NCBI GenBank assembly: GCA_040879605.1
Contig: JBBDKB010000027.1
Span: 18,250-56,476 of the forward strand
DNA length: 38,227 nucleotides
Direction: 5' to 3'
Source of the DNA: Minisyncoccota bacterium
GTDB taxonomy: Bacteria; Patescibacteriota; Minisyncoccia; Phycocordibacterales; JBBDKB01
The notes under the pieces are model-generated. The model made no database searches. It had not been told where the DNA came from and saw only the letters and a list, made by a program, of their open reading frames with translations. Positions within the stretch are counted from its first letter, which is position 1. Every line of letters begins with the position of its first letter. Both the position numbers and the translations under genes were made by a program. Positions 8,432 to 16,419 of the stretch are shown piece by piece.

Positions 8432-9772
8432 ATGATTACCGATAGCAAGCAACTCTGGGAAAATGTTTTAGTTGATATAGAACTCTCCATCTCTCCCGCA
8501 AATTTCACCACGTGGTTTAAAAATACACACATAGCAAAAGTAGAAGATGGTGTTGTATTTGTGGGAATTCCTAATCAATTTGTAAAAGACTGGCTTGAAA
8601 GTAAACACCACAAGCTTATTCTTAAAGCTCTCCGCACCGCAGAGCCAGGCGTTAGGGGAGTAGAATATACTGTTTCAAAAGAAAAACCAAAAGAAAGAAC
8701 AAAAAAAGATGAGCCTATTTTTGGCACACTCCCTCTCTCTGATCACTACATAAATAGAGTTGATAATCTCAACCCTCGTTATACATTTGACTCTTTTGTT
8801 GTGGGGCCCTTTAACGAACTCTCTTATGCCGCTTCCCAAGCAATTATTGCCAACCCCGGCATTACTTATAATCCTTTCTATGTATACGGGGATACGGGAC
8901 ATGGAAAAACACATCTAATCCAAGCGATAGGAAATTATTTAAAGAAAGGAAACTCCACCCGAAAAGTGTACTATGTCACCTCAGAAAAATTCACAAGTGA
9001 CCTTGTTAATTCTCTTCAAAATAACACCATCCAATCTTTCAAAGAGCGCTACCGTCAGTATGATGTCCTTATTATGGATGATGTTCAATTCCTTTCTGGA
9101 AGAGAAAAAACTCAAGAGGAACTCTTTCATCTCTTTAATACTCTCTATGACAACAACAAACAAATCATTTTTTCCTCTGATAAACCCCCTCAACAAATTC
9201 AAAATCTTGAGGATCGCTTAAAATCAAGATTTTCTCAAGGAATGACTGTTGATGTTTCCGCCCCCGACAGAGAATCAAGGGTGGCAATCCTGCAGAAGAA
9301 AGCTCAAGACAATAGCTTCATTCTTTCTGATGAACTTGCATACTTTCTTGCGGCAGAAATAGAGGGAAACATCCGTGACCTAGAAGGGGCTCTAAACGCT
9401 GTTATCTGCCAAACACAACTTAAGGGAGAAACTCCTTCAATTATTGATGTCAAACAAATAATTAAAAACACTTCACGCCCAAAGAGAGTTGTCTCGGCAA
9501 AGGAAGTGGTGAAAAAAATTGCTGAATTTTATGACTTAGAAGAAGAAATTATTTATGAGAAGACACGAAAGAAAGAAGTAGTGAAGCCGCGCCAAATTAT
9601 TATGTATATATTAAGAGAGGATTACAGTGCTTCTTACCCAAGCATCGGACAAAAACTTGGGGGGAGAGACCACACCACTGTTATCCATTCGTGTGAAAAA
9701 ATAAAAAGGGACTTAAAAGAAAATGAGATGCTCGGCCAAGAAATCCAGCAAATAAGGTTACTGTTGAAATGA
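8432..9772 (+). CDS. dnaA: Chromosomal replication initiator protein DnaA
   Basis: 446 aa. The AAA+ Walker A is GDTGHGKTHL. The box VII region and C-terminal DNA-binding signature IGQKLGGRDHTTVIHSCEKI are present. Confidence 0.95.
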   Translation: MITDSKQLWENVLVDIELSISPANFTTWFKNTHIAKVEDGVVFVGIPNQFVKDWLESKHHKLILKALRTAEPGVRGVEYTVSKEKPKERTKKDEPIFGTLPLSDHYINRVDNLNPRYTFDSFVVGPFNELSYAASQAIIANPGITYNPFYVYGDTGHGKTHLIQAIGNYLKKGNSTRKVYYVTSEKFTSDLVNSLQNNTIQSFKERYRQYDVLIMDDVQFLSGREKTQEELFHLFNTLYDNNKQIIFSSDKPPQQIQNLEDRLKSRFSQGMTVDVSAPDRESRVAILQKKAQDNSFILSDELAYFLAAEIEGNIRDLEGALNAVICQTQLKGETPSIIDVKQIIKNTSRPKRVVSAKEVVKKIAEFYDLEEEIIYEKTRKKEVVKPRQIIMYILREDYSASYPSIGQKLGGRDHTTVIHSCEKIKRDLKENEMLGQEIQQIRLLLK

Positions 9773-10004
9773 TGTGTACAACAAAACAAACTACAGTGGG
9801 TAACACTGTTCATAAAAGGAGGAATAACCCTGTGAACAACGATCACACTTTCTTTCCTAAGGTTTTTAATATTTCTTTTCCTCCAATAATCCCCACCCTC
9901 TTTTTCTTCCCCTTGTTTTTTTATCTCTCTACAGAGCCTTCATTTCACTTATGCACATATTCATACTCCTAATAATAATAAATTTAATAACTTAAAATAT
10001 ATTT
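9773..10004. other. Candidate oriC segment (dnaA-dnaN spacer)
   Basis: DnaA-box-like 9-mers are TTATGCACA (9949-9957, one mismatch to TTATCCACA), TGTGTACAA (9773-9781) and TGTGAACAA (9831-9839). An almost pure A/T stretch (9968-10004) follows and could act as an unwinding element. Confidence 0.45.
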
Positions 10005-11099
10005 ATGAAAACTACAATCACAAAAGAACATCTCCTTCCCGCATTAAATGCAGCAACAAGAATGAGTGGCAAAAATTTGTCACTCCCTTCTCTTAATGGA
10101 ATTTTAATTGAAGCAAAGAAAAATATTTTTTCTTTGAGGGCAACAAATCTGGATGTTGGTATTGACGTAAGATTACCTGCGAAAGTTGAGGAAGAGGGGA
10201 GTGCTGTTGTTTCTGGGAGTATATTAGGGACAACTATTCAAACCGCACGAGGAAATATTAATTTGACTCTTTCTTCTGGAAACCTAAAAGTAAGAAGTGA
10301 GGGAACAGAAACAATAATAAAAGCGCTTCCTTGTGAGGATTTTCCAACTCTTCCTAAAGTGGAAGACGGTGCTTCTCTCTTGATTGACCCAGAGACTCTT
10401 ATAAAAGGTTTTAGATCGGTGTGGTATGCAACTTCTTCTTCTACAATTAAACCGGAACTCGCGAGTATATTTCTTTTTTCTGAAGGGGGAAAACTGCACT
10501 TTGTTGCTACAGACTCTTTCCGCCTTGCAGAAAAAGTTATTCCTCTTAAAAAAGCAGAAACCATAGAATCTCTTTTAATTCCAAACAGAAACGTAGCAGA
10601 AATTCTTCACATACTGGAGCAAGCAAAAGGAACGGTAGAAGTGAAATACAACAAGAATCAAATAGCGTTCTCTTTTGAGGAAACTTACGTAACCTCTAGA
10701 CTTGTTGATGGTTCATTCCCAGATTATAAAGCTATCATTCCAAAAAACTTTTCAACTGAGGTAGTACTTCTTAAACAGGATTTTTTCGATATTTTGAAAA
10801 AGGCCGGAGTTTTTGCAAATAAATTTAATCAAGTGTATTTCAAAGTAAATCCTAAAAAACAAGAGTTTACTGTACAAGCTGAAAATCCTGATGTTGGAGA
10901 GACAACAGAACAACTCGGAGCGACCCTTACGGGGGAAGAATTGGAGATTAGTTTTAATCAGAAGTATCTCTTTGACGCACTCCAGTCCATTCATTCAGAC
11001 AGTGTTTCCCTTTCTTTTAGTGGATTAGGAAAACCTGTCATTGTGAAAGGTATATCAGATACCTCTTTTCTTTATCTTGTGATGCCCATGAACCGGTAA
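10005..11099 (+). CDS. dnaN: DNA polymerase III beta sliding clamp
   Basis: 364 aa. Position after dnaA supports the call. Typical clamp segments include ATDSFRLAEK, SRLVDGSFPDYKAIIP and the C-terminal LVMPMN. Confidence 0.95.
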   Translation: MKTTITKEHLLPALNAATRMSGKNLSLPSLNGILIEAKKNIFSLRATNLDVGIDVRLPAKVEEEGSAVVSGSILGTTIQTARGNINLTLSSGNLKVRSEGTETIIKALPCEDFPTLPKVEDGASLLIDPETLIKGFRSVWYATSSSTIKPELASIFLFSEGGKLHFVATDSFRLAEKVIPLKKAETIESLLIPNRNVAEILHILEQAKGTVEVKYNKNQIAFSFEETYVTSRLVDGSFPDYKAIIPKNFSTEVVLLKQDFFDILKKAGVFANKFNQVYFKVNPKKQEFTVQAENPDVGETTEQLGATLTGEELEISFNQKYLFDALQSIHSDSVSLSFSGLGKPVIVKGISDTSFLYLVMPMNR

Positions 11100-11103
11100 G
11101 AGT

Positions 11104-11367
11104 ATGGTATATGATATAAGGACACTTCTGAAACGTTTTGAGCACCTACAGCCTCCTGAGAGGTCTGTGAAAGAAGATGTAAAGAAAGCAGTCCTTCTAG
11201 TTCTTGGAATACATTTAAAAGATGTGGAAATGAGCGTGAATGGAAAACAAGTTTTTATCACCACCTCTCCATCCGCAAAAAGTGAAATTATGCTCCATAA
11301 AGCAGACATCCTAAAGGCTATGAGAAATCTCCACCAAACGGGCTCACTTGTCAAAGATATTCGTTAG
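11104..11367 (+). CDS. Small DUF721/DciA-like protein
   Basis: 87 aa ORF immediately after dnaN. Its size, position and the pattern ...VKEDVKKAVLLVLGIHLKDVEMSVNGKQVFITTSPSAKSEIMLHKADIL resemble DUF721 proteins. Assignment is by eye. Confidence 0.45.
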   Translation: MVYDIRTLLKRFEHLQPPERSVKEDVKKAVLLVLGIHLKDVEMSVNGKQVFITTSPSAKSEIMLHKADILKAMRNLHQTGSLVKDIR

Positions 11368-11370
11368 TCT

Positions 11371-13866
11371 TTAGAAAGATATACGAAGAGGAACAGAGGT
11401 CTCGCCTTTATTAAATACAGCATCTTTCACCACTACGGTGAGGGTATTTTCATCTCGTATTCCCTCCACGGAAGAAGGAATAAAAGAAACTGAAAAAGGT
11501 GTGCGCTGTGAGGAACCGACAAAAGTTCCGTTTAGGTAATAGGTTGCCTCAATCACAGAGTAGCGTCCTGACGCCTCAATTTGTATATTTACTCTACTAT
11601 CTCTCTCTACCTCACTATTTGAAGAAGGAGAAAGGAAGGAAACTCGGGGAAAGAATTGAGGGAGATGTATATCGTCGATCTCATTTGGGATAGAAGAACT
11701 GTCAGTTCCAGTAATATTATTTCTCTCCTTCCACAACGATATAGGATACTCCCAAAGGAAATATTGGGAGTCTCTCTCCGGATTGGATGGAATAGGACCT
11801 CTTGGATCGTTTTTATCCACCCAGTGAAGGATTGAATGCACTTCCCCAACAACCCTCTCCTCCCGCGTTTCTTCGGGAGTATATTCTGTCGCAAGCTTTC
11901 CACTTAGTGTGTCGATAATATAAGAGTTTCCGCCTCTCCAAAGCCCCTTTAGAATCGGCTTATTAATACTAGAGTATTCATAGTTAGGCTCTCTAAAAAA
12001 ACCACGATCACGAGTGGGAAGTGCAACGTCCATAAACTCTCTCCACATAGGAGTTACGATAAGGCCAGATATTTGAGTCATTGATTCTGGGGTATTGTTT
12101 CCTGCCCATACCCCCACGGCAAGTGTGGGGGAGTATCCGACAATCCACGCGTCAAAGAGGTCGTTCGTCGTTCCTGTTTTTGCCGCGACATCATAGTTGT
12201 TAAAGAGAAGGGGTGAGTTTGATCCGTAGAGTGGCGCGCGCGCCTCATTATCTGAGAGCACGTCACTAATCATGCGAGTAATATTTGCCTCAAGTACTCT
12301 TATGGGACCTGCTGAGGATTCTTCTACCACATTTCCATCTGCGTCCTCGATTCGGAGAACGCTTGTAGGGGAGTTTCTTACGCCTTCGTTTGCAAACACG
12401 CCGTATGCGCTTGTCATATCAAGAAGGGAAACTTCTCCTCCTCCAAGAACAAGAGTAAGACCGTAGCGAGAGATGTCAGCCAGGCTCTTAATTCCCATGC
12501 TCTGAGCGAGACGCACGGCGTCTCTCATGCCGGTTAGGTAGAGAACTTTCACTGAAGGAATATTAATTGATTGGGCGAGTGCCTCTCTTAGAGTGACTGG
12601 CCCTCTGAAATCATTATCGTAATTTCCAGGCGAGTAGCATTCTCCGTCACTTGTGAAATTAGTGGAGGAGCATGCGGTTGAAAATTGTGTTTTGAGGTCA
12701 AATACTACAGTCTCTGGCGTATATCCTTCTTTGAAGGCCTGGGCGTATACAAATGGTTTGAAAGCAGACCCTGGTTGCCTGTTGGGGTCGATGGCCGCAT
12801 TGAAGTTCCCATCAATCTCAGGGTCAAAGTAGTCTCTTGACCCCACCATACTAAGAATTTCCCCGGTTTGGGGGTCTATCGCAACAAGCGCCGCGTTCTC
12901 CGCGTTGAAGCGATCTTTGTTTGAAAGTGCGTTTCTCTTTACAATTTCTTCCGCTTTCTCTTGAAGGATGTAGTCAAGCGTGGTGGTAACACGGAAGCCT
13001 CTCTCTTCAACTGCGCGTCTTCCGTATTTTTCCTCCAAATATTCTCGTACAAAAAAGACAAAATGAGGTGCCTTGATTCCTGTATCCTGTTGTGGGAGGA
13101 ACCCTACTTCCTCTTCTTTTGATTCGTTGTACTCAGTTTTAGTAATGAAATTGTTTTTGAGCATTTGAGAGAGCACAAGATTCTTGCGCGCTTCAAGCGC
13201 GTCCCTTCGATTTCCGTAGGGGGAGTAGTATGTTGGAGCCTGGGGGAGGGCCGCGAGGTATGCCGATTCTGCGATGGAAAGCTCATTTGAACCCTTACCA
13301 AAATACGCACGGCTTGCCTCCTCTATTCCATAGATGACTCCTCCGTAAGGAACCTCGTTTAAGTAGAGCTCAAGGATCTCCTCCTTGGAGATAGCCCGCT
13401 CAAGCTTCACTGCGAGGACCCATTCTTTAAGTTTGCGTGCAATCGTTTTGTCGCGCACAAGAACTGAATTTTTAATCACCTGCTGGGTTATTGTAGAGCC
13501 TCCTTGCTCAAACCCAAGAGAAAGAATATTTGCGATAACTGCTCTTAGGATGGCAGTTGGTTTTATTCCTCTGTGCTCATAAAACTCCTCATCTTCTATT
13601 GCGACTGTCGCATTTTTAATATTTCTCGACATCTCCTCAAGGGGAATGATGGTGCGAGAAATGTTTTCTTGAAGGTCAAAAAGAAGAATTTCTCCTGTGC
13701 GGTCATAAATTCTTGTTGATTGTTCCACCTTCCTTGTCTCAAGGGAGGAAAGATCCGGAGTTTTTAGACTCGCGGCCCAGAGCAAAAAAACTCCCGTTCC
13801 AAAGAAGCCGGCAATTAAAAAAATAAGGAAAGCTGTGCGGAAAAAATGTGCCTTTTTTTTCTTCAT
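11371..13866 (-). CDS. Class A penicillin-binding protein (PBP1A family; glycosyltransferase + transpeptidase) with C-terminal Ig-like extension
   Basis: GT51 motifs are EDEEFYEHRGI, GGSTITQQ and RKLKEW. Transpeptidase motifs are SAFKP, SIN and KTGTT. The start is set at ATG 13866 (MKKKKAHFF) because the TTG at 13884 lies inside the putative -10 box. Confidence 0.9.
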   Translation of the reverse strand: MKKKKAHFFRTAFLIFLIAGFFGTGVFLLWAASLKTPDLSSLETRKVEQSTRIYDRTGEILLFDLQENISRTIIPLEEMSRNIKNATVAIEDEEFYEHRGIKPTAILRAVIANILSLGFEQGGSTITQQVIKNSVLVRDKTIARKLKEWVLAVKLERAISKEEILELYLNEVPYGGVIYGIEEASRAYFGKGSNELSIAESAYLAALPQAPTYYSPYGNRRDALEARKNLVLSQMLKNNFITKTEYNESKEEEVGFLPQQDTGIKAPHFVFFVREYLEEKYGRRAVEERGFRVTTTLDYILQEKAEEIVKRNALSNKDRFNAENAALVAIDPQTGEILSMVGSRDYFDPEIDGNFNAAIDPNRQPGSAFKPFVYAQAFKEGYTPETVVFDLKTQFSTACSSTNFTSDGECYSPGNYDNDFRGPVTLREALAQSINIPSVKVLYLTGMRDAVRLAQSMGIKSLADISRYGLTLVLGGGEVSLLDMTSAYGVFANEGVRNSPTSVLRIEDADGNVVEESSAGPIRVLEANITRMISDVLSDNEARAPLYGSNSPLLFNNYDVAAKTGTTNDLFDAWIVGYSPTLAVGVWAGNNTPESMTQISGLIVTPMWREFMDVALPTRDRGFFREPNYEYSSINKPILKGLWRGGNSYIIDTLSGKLATEYTPEETREERVVGEVHSILHWVDKNDPRGPIPSNPERDSQYFLWEYPISLWKERNNITGTDSSSIPNEIDDIHLPQFFPRVSFLSPSSNSEVERDSRVNIQIEASGRYSVIEATYYLNGTFVGSSQRTPFSVSFIPSSVEGIRDENTLTVVVKDAVFNKGETSVPLRISF

Positions 13867-13874
13867 GTTTCTCA

Positions 13875-13883
13875 AGTATAGCA
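13875..13883 (-). promoter_or_regulatory. Extended -10 box (TGCTATACT) 8 nt upstream of the PBP1A ATG
   Basis: The minus strand reads TGCTATACT-tgagaaac-ATG. Confidence 0.4.
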
Positions 13884-13909
13884 AAGGAATACCACAGAAG
13901 GGGAGCTCA

Positions 13910-13918
13910 TGCTAGAGT
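13910..13918 (+). promoter_or_regulatory. Extended -10 box (TGCTAGAGT) 6 nt upstream of the tyrS ATG
   Basis: The plus strand reads TGCTAGAGT-agaggc-ATG. Confidence 0.4.
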
Positions 13919-13924
13919 AGAGGC

Positions 13925-15130
13925 ATGTTTGGTTTTAAGGGAAGATCTACTGATACTTCGGAAGAAAAAATAGACGAACTTCTTACCAGAGGAGTGTCTG
14001 AAGTCATTGAGAAGGATTCCCTCAAGAGAGAACTACTCTCCGGGAAACAGTTGCGTATCAAGCTTGGCATCGACCCCACAAGCCCCAATATCCATTTAGG
14101 AAGATCTATTACACTTCTAAAGCTTCGCGATTTTCAAATGCTCGGGCACAAAATCATTTTCATCGTTGGCGATGCGACAGGTATTATTGGTGATACCTCA
14201 GACAAAGAGAGCGAGAGGCCAATGCTTACTCGCGAAGAGGTGGAGGCAAATGCAAAAACATATCTTGAACAAGCGGGGAAAATTCTTGATATGGCTTTGG
14301 TAGAGAAAAAATATAACTCGGGGTGGCTTGACGCTCTTACTTATAAAGAAATTGGGGATCAGGCAAATATTTTTTCAGTTTCTGATTTTACAGCGCGCGA
14401 AAATATAAAAAAGCGCCTCGATGAGGGTAAGAGGGTCTCCCTTAGAGAAATGCTCTACCCGCTTATGCAAGGTTACGATAGTGTCATGGTAAGAGCTGAT
14501 GTTGAGATTGGGGGGACGGATCAGCGATTCAATATGCTTGCAGGGAGGAAATTGCAACCTCTCTACAAACAAAAACCTCAAAATATACTCACGACAGAAC
14601 TAGTGGAAGGCCTTGATGGAAGAAAGATGAGCTCAAGCTGGGGGAATACAATTAACCTCACTGCCTCGCCGGCCGATATGTATGGGAAAGTGATGCGCCT
14701 CAAAGATGAGTTAATCGTTAAATACTTGACTCTTGCCACAAGAGTTTCACTCAAGAAAATATCAGAGGTAGAGAAGAAGCTCAAAGATGGAGTAAACCCA
14801 AAGGAAGTAAAAATGCTACTTGCGCGCGAGATTGTAACTTTTTACTACAACGAAAAAGAAGCAGAGAAAGCAGAGAAAGAATTTCAGAAAATTTTTAGTG
14901 AGGGAGGAGTTCCTGAGGAGATTTCGCGTGTGAAAGTAAAAAAAGATAGTCTCCTTTCCGACATTCTAATTGAAAATAAAATACTTGATTCAAAATCAGA
15001 ATTCAGAAGACTTGTTGATCAGGGAGGAGTTGAACTTGGAGGAGAGAAGATAACAAGCCACAAAGAAGGAGTGAGGGCGGGAGTGCTCAAGCTAGGAAAA
15101 CACAGATTCTTTGAAATCGAAGTTAGCTAA
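13925..15130 (+). CDS. tyrS: Tyrosine--tRNA ligase
   Basis: 401 aa. The HIGH-type motif is PTSPNIHLGR and the KMSKS-type motif is KMSSS. A C-terminal S4-like domain is present (EFRRLVDQGGVELGGEKI). Confidence 0.95.
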   Translation: MFGFKGRSTDTSEEKIDELLTRGVSEVIEKDSLKRELLSGKQLRIKLGIDPTSPNIHLGRSITLLKLRDFQMLGHKIIFIVGDATGIIGDTSDKESERPMLTREEVEANAKTYLEQAGKILDMALVEKKYNSGWLDALTYKEIGDQANIFSVSDFTARENIKKRLDEGKRVSLREMLYPLMQGYDSVMVRADVEIGGTDQRFNMLAGRKLQPLYKQKPQNILTTELVEGLDGRKMSSSWGNTINLTASPADMYGKVMRLKDELIVKYLTLATRVSLKKISEVEKKLKDGVNPKEVKMLLAREIVTFYYNEKEAEKAEKEFQKIFSEGGVPEEISRVKVKKDSLLSDILIENKILDSKSEFRRLVDQGGVELGGEKITSHKEGVRAGVLKLGKHRFFEIEVS

Positions 15131-15170
15131 AATCAAAAACCCGCGATTTTGCGGGTTTTTGATTTTAGCT
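15125..15170. terminator. Bidirectional intrinsic terminator (perfect 20-bp inverted repeat, 6-nt loop)
   Basis: AGCTAAAATCAAAAACCCGC-gatttt-GCGGGTTTTTGATTTTAGCT has a GC core flanked by A- and T-tracts. It sits between convergent tyrS and the ruvC-side operon. Confidence 0.8.
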
Positions 15171-15366
15171 ACTCTTCTTCATCGTCATCCCAACTTCCTT
15201 CCTCCTCCTTTTCAGCGTCTGTCTCTACATCCTCAGCTTCCTCATCTTCAAGAAGGATTTCGTCAAGCATGTCCAATTCTTCAATCATCATTTTAGTGTT
15301 GCTAGAACAAGATTTAATAGCACGACCCTGCTTCTCCCGTAGGATTTTGCCCCTATGTTGTATCAA
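15169..15366 (-). CDS. Possible small, extremely acidic protein downstream of ruvC
   Basis: 65 aa ORF from a TTG start, or 40 aa from ATG 15291. The C-terminus is DEILLEDEEAEDVETDAEKEEEGSWDDDEEE. The stop codon lies in the terminator stem. No obvious SD is present. Confidence 0.3.
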   Translation of the reverse strand: MIQHRGKILREKQGRAIKSCSSNTKMMIEELDMLDEILLEDEEAEDVETDAEKEEEGSWDDDEEE

Positions 15367-15410
15367 ATGTTTTTACTTTTGCAAGATGGGGACATCCCTG
15401 GTGGGGATAA

Positions 15411-15893
15411 TTACCATTTTTCGCTTGCAAGGGAGGTAAGGGCAATGGCAATCGCATCAAACTCATCGTCATATTTTATTTCTTTTTTGATGCGAATGAG
15501 CCGAGGCACCATGTCAATGACACTTTCTTTGTCGCTCCTTCCATACCCAGTCACCGCGACTTTTATTTGCTGGGGAGTGTATTCAAACACAGAGAGGTTG
15601 TGTGATTCTGCAAGGAAAAGCAACATTCCTCTCACTTCCGAAACAGAAGTTGCTGTTTTTTGGTTGTTTCCAAAATAAAGTTTTTCAAGAGCGCAGGCAT
15701 CAGGTCTGTATTTCTTAATGAGTTCCTCTACTCTCTTTCCTACGTGGTGGAGCCGCGAAGAAAGGGAGTTACTTTTTTCTGTTTCTATGCACTCAGAGTG
15801 GAGAAGCACTTCCTCCTTATCTTTTTCTATAATAGCAACGCCGCACCTGTCGTACCCTGGGTCAATACCAAGTACGCGCGTACTATTACTCAT
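15411..15893 (-). CDS. ruvC: Holliday junction resolvase RuvC
   Basis: VLGIDPGYDRCGVAII, GYGRSDKESV and DEFDAIAIALT are RuvC motifs. The start is chosen at ATG 15893 (MSNSTRVLGIDPG), which overlaps the yebC stop as ATGAGTAA. Confidence 0.9.
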   Translation of the reverse strand: MSNSTRVLGIDPGYDRCGVAIIEKDKEEVLLHSECIETEKSNSLSSRLHHVGKRVEELIKKYRPDACALEKLYFGNNQKTATSVSEVRGMLLFLAESHNLSVFEYTPQQIKVAVTGYGRSDKESVIDMVPRLIRIKKEIKYDDEFDAIAIALTSLASEKW

Positions 15894-16419
15894 TTGCGTT
15901 TGTGAAGACATCCTCAACATCTTCAAGTTCAAGAAGCACGTCAACCAAAACATCCAGTTTCTCTTTATCTTCTGGAGTTATGCCCATAGTTGTTGTGGGT
16001 CTCCATCCGTCTCCCGCTTTTTCAAATGCCCAACTCGCCGCGCCTTGTTCTGCAAGTGCAAATCCTTGCTTTGTGAGTGCATGGCGAACTTCTCCTCCCG
16101 TTCTGTTTCGGTTGTCTGTGTACCCCTCAATAATGAGTGCAACACTTCCTGGGCCATATGCTTCGTAGACCACTTGCTCTAAATTATCCGCCTCTCCGGA
16201 TTTTCCTTTTGCGATGGCTCTCGCAATATTTCCCTTAGGCATATTTGCCGTACGCGCTTTTTCTATTGCAAGGCGTAGCGCAGGAGAATTCTCATCGCCA
16301 CCAACCTTTTTTGATTCTATTGAAATGAGTTGTGCAAGACGAGAAAATTCCTTGCTTTTCTTCTCATCCGTCGCTGCCTTCTTATGCTTTATTTTTGACC
16401 ACTTGTTGTGTCCTGACAT
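15886..16419 (-). CDS. yebC: YebC/PmpR family transcriptional/translational regulator (short, 177 aa)
   Basis: N-terminal MSGHNKWSKIKHKKAA, plus NMPKGNIARAI and YEAYGPGSVALIIEGYTDNRNRT, are diagnostic. It is about 60 aa shorter than typical family members. Confidence 0.85.
   Translation of the reverse strand: MSGHNKWSKIKHKKAATDEKKSKEFSRLAQLISIESKKVGGDENSPALRLAIEKARTANMPKGNIARAIAKGKSGEADNLEQVVYEAYGPGSVALIIEGYTDNRNRTGGEVRHALTKQGFALAEQGAASWAFEKAGDGWRPTTTMGITPEDKEKLDVLVDVLLELEDVEDVFTNANE

Noticed and set aside
15149-15439. A Ser-rich 96-aa plus-strand ORF opposite the acidic minus-strand ORF.
   Set aside because: It would start inside the tyrS terminator and run into ruvC antisense. Poly-Ser is the mirror translation of the GAA/GAG-rich tract. 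The minus-strand reading fits the operon and terminator layout better, though it is itself low-confidence.
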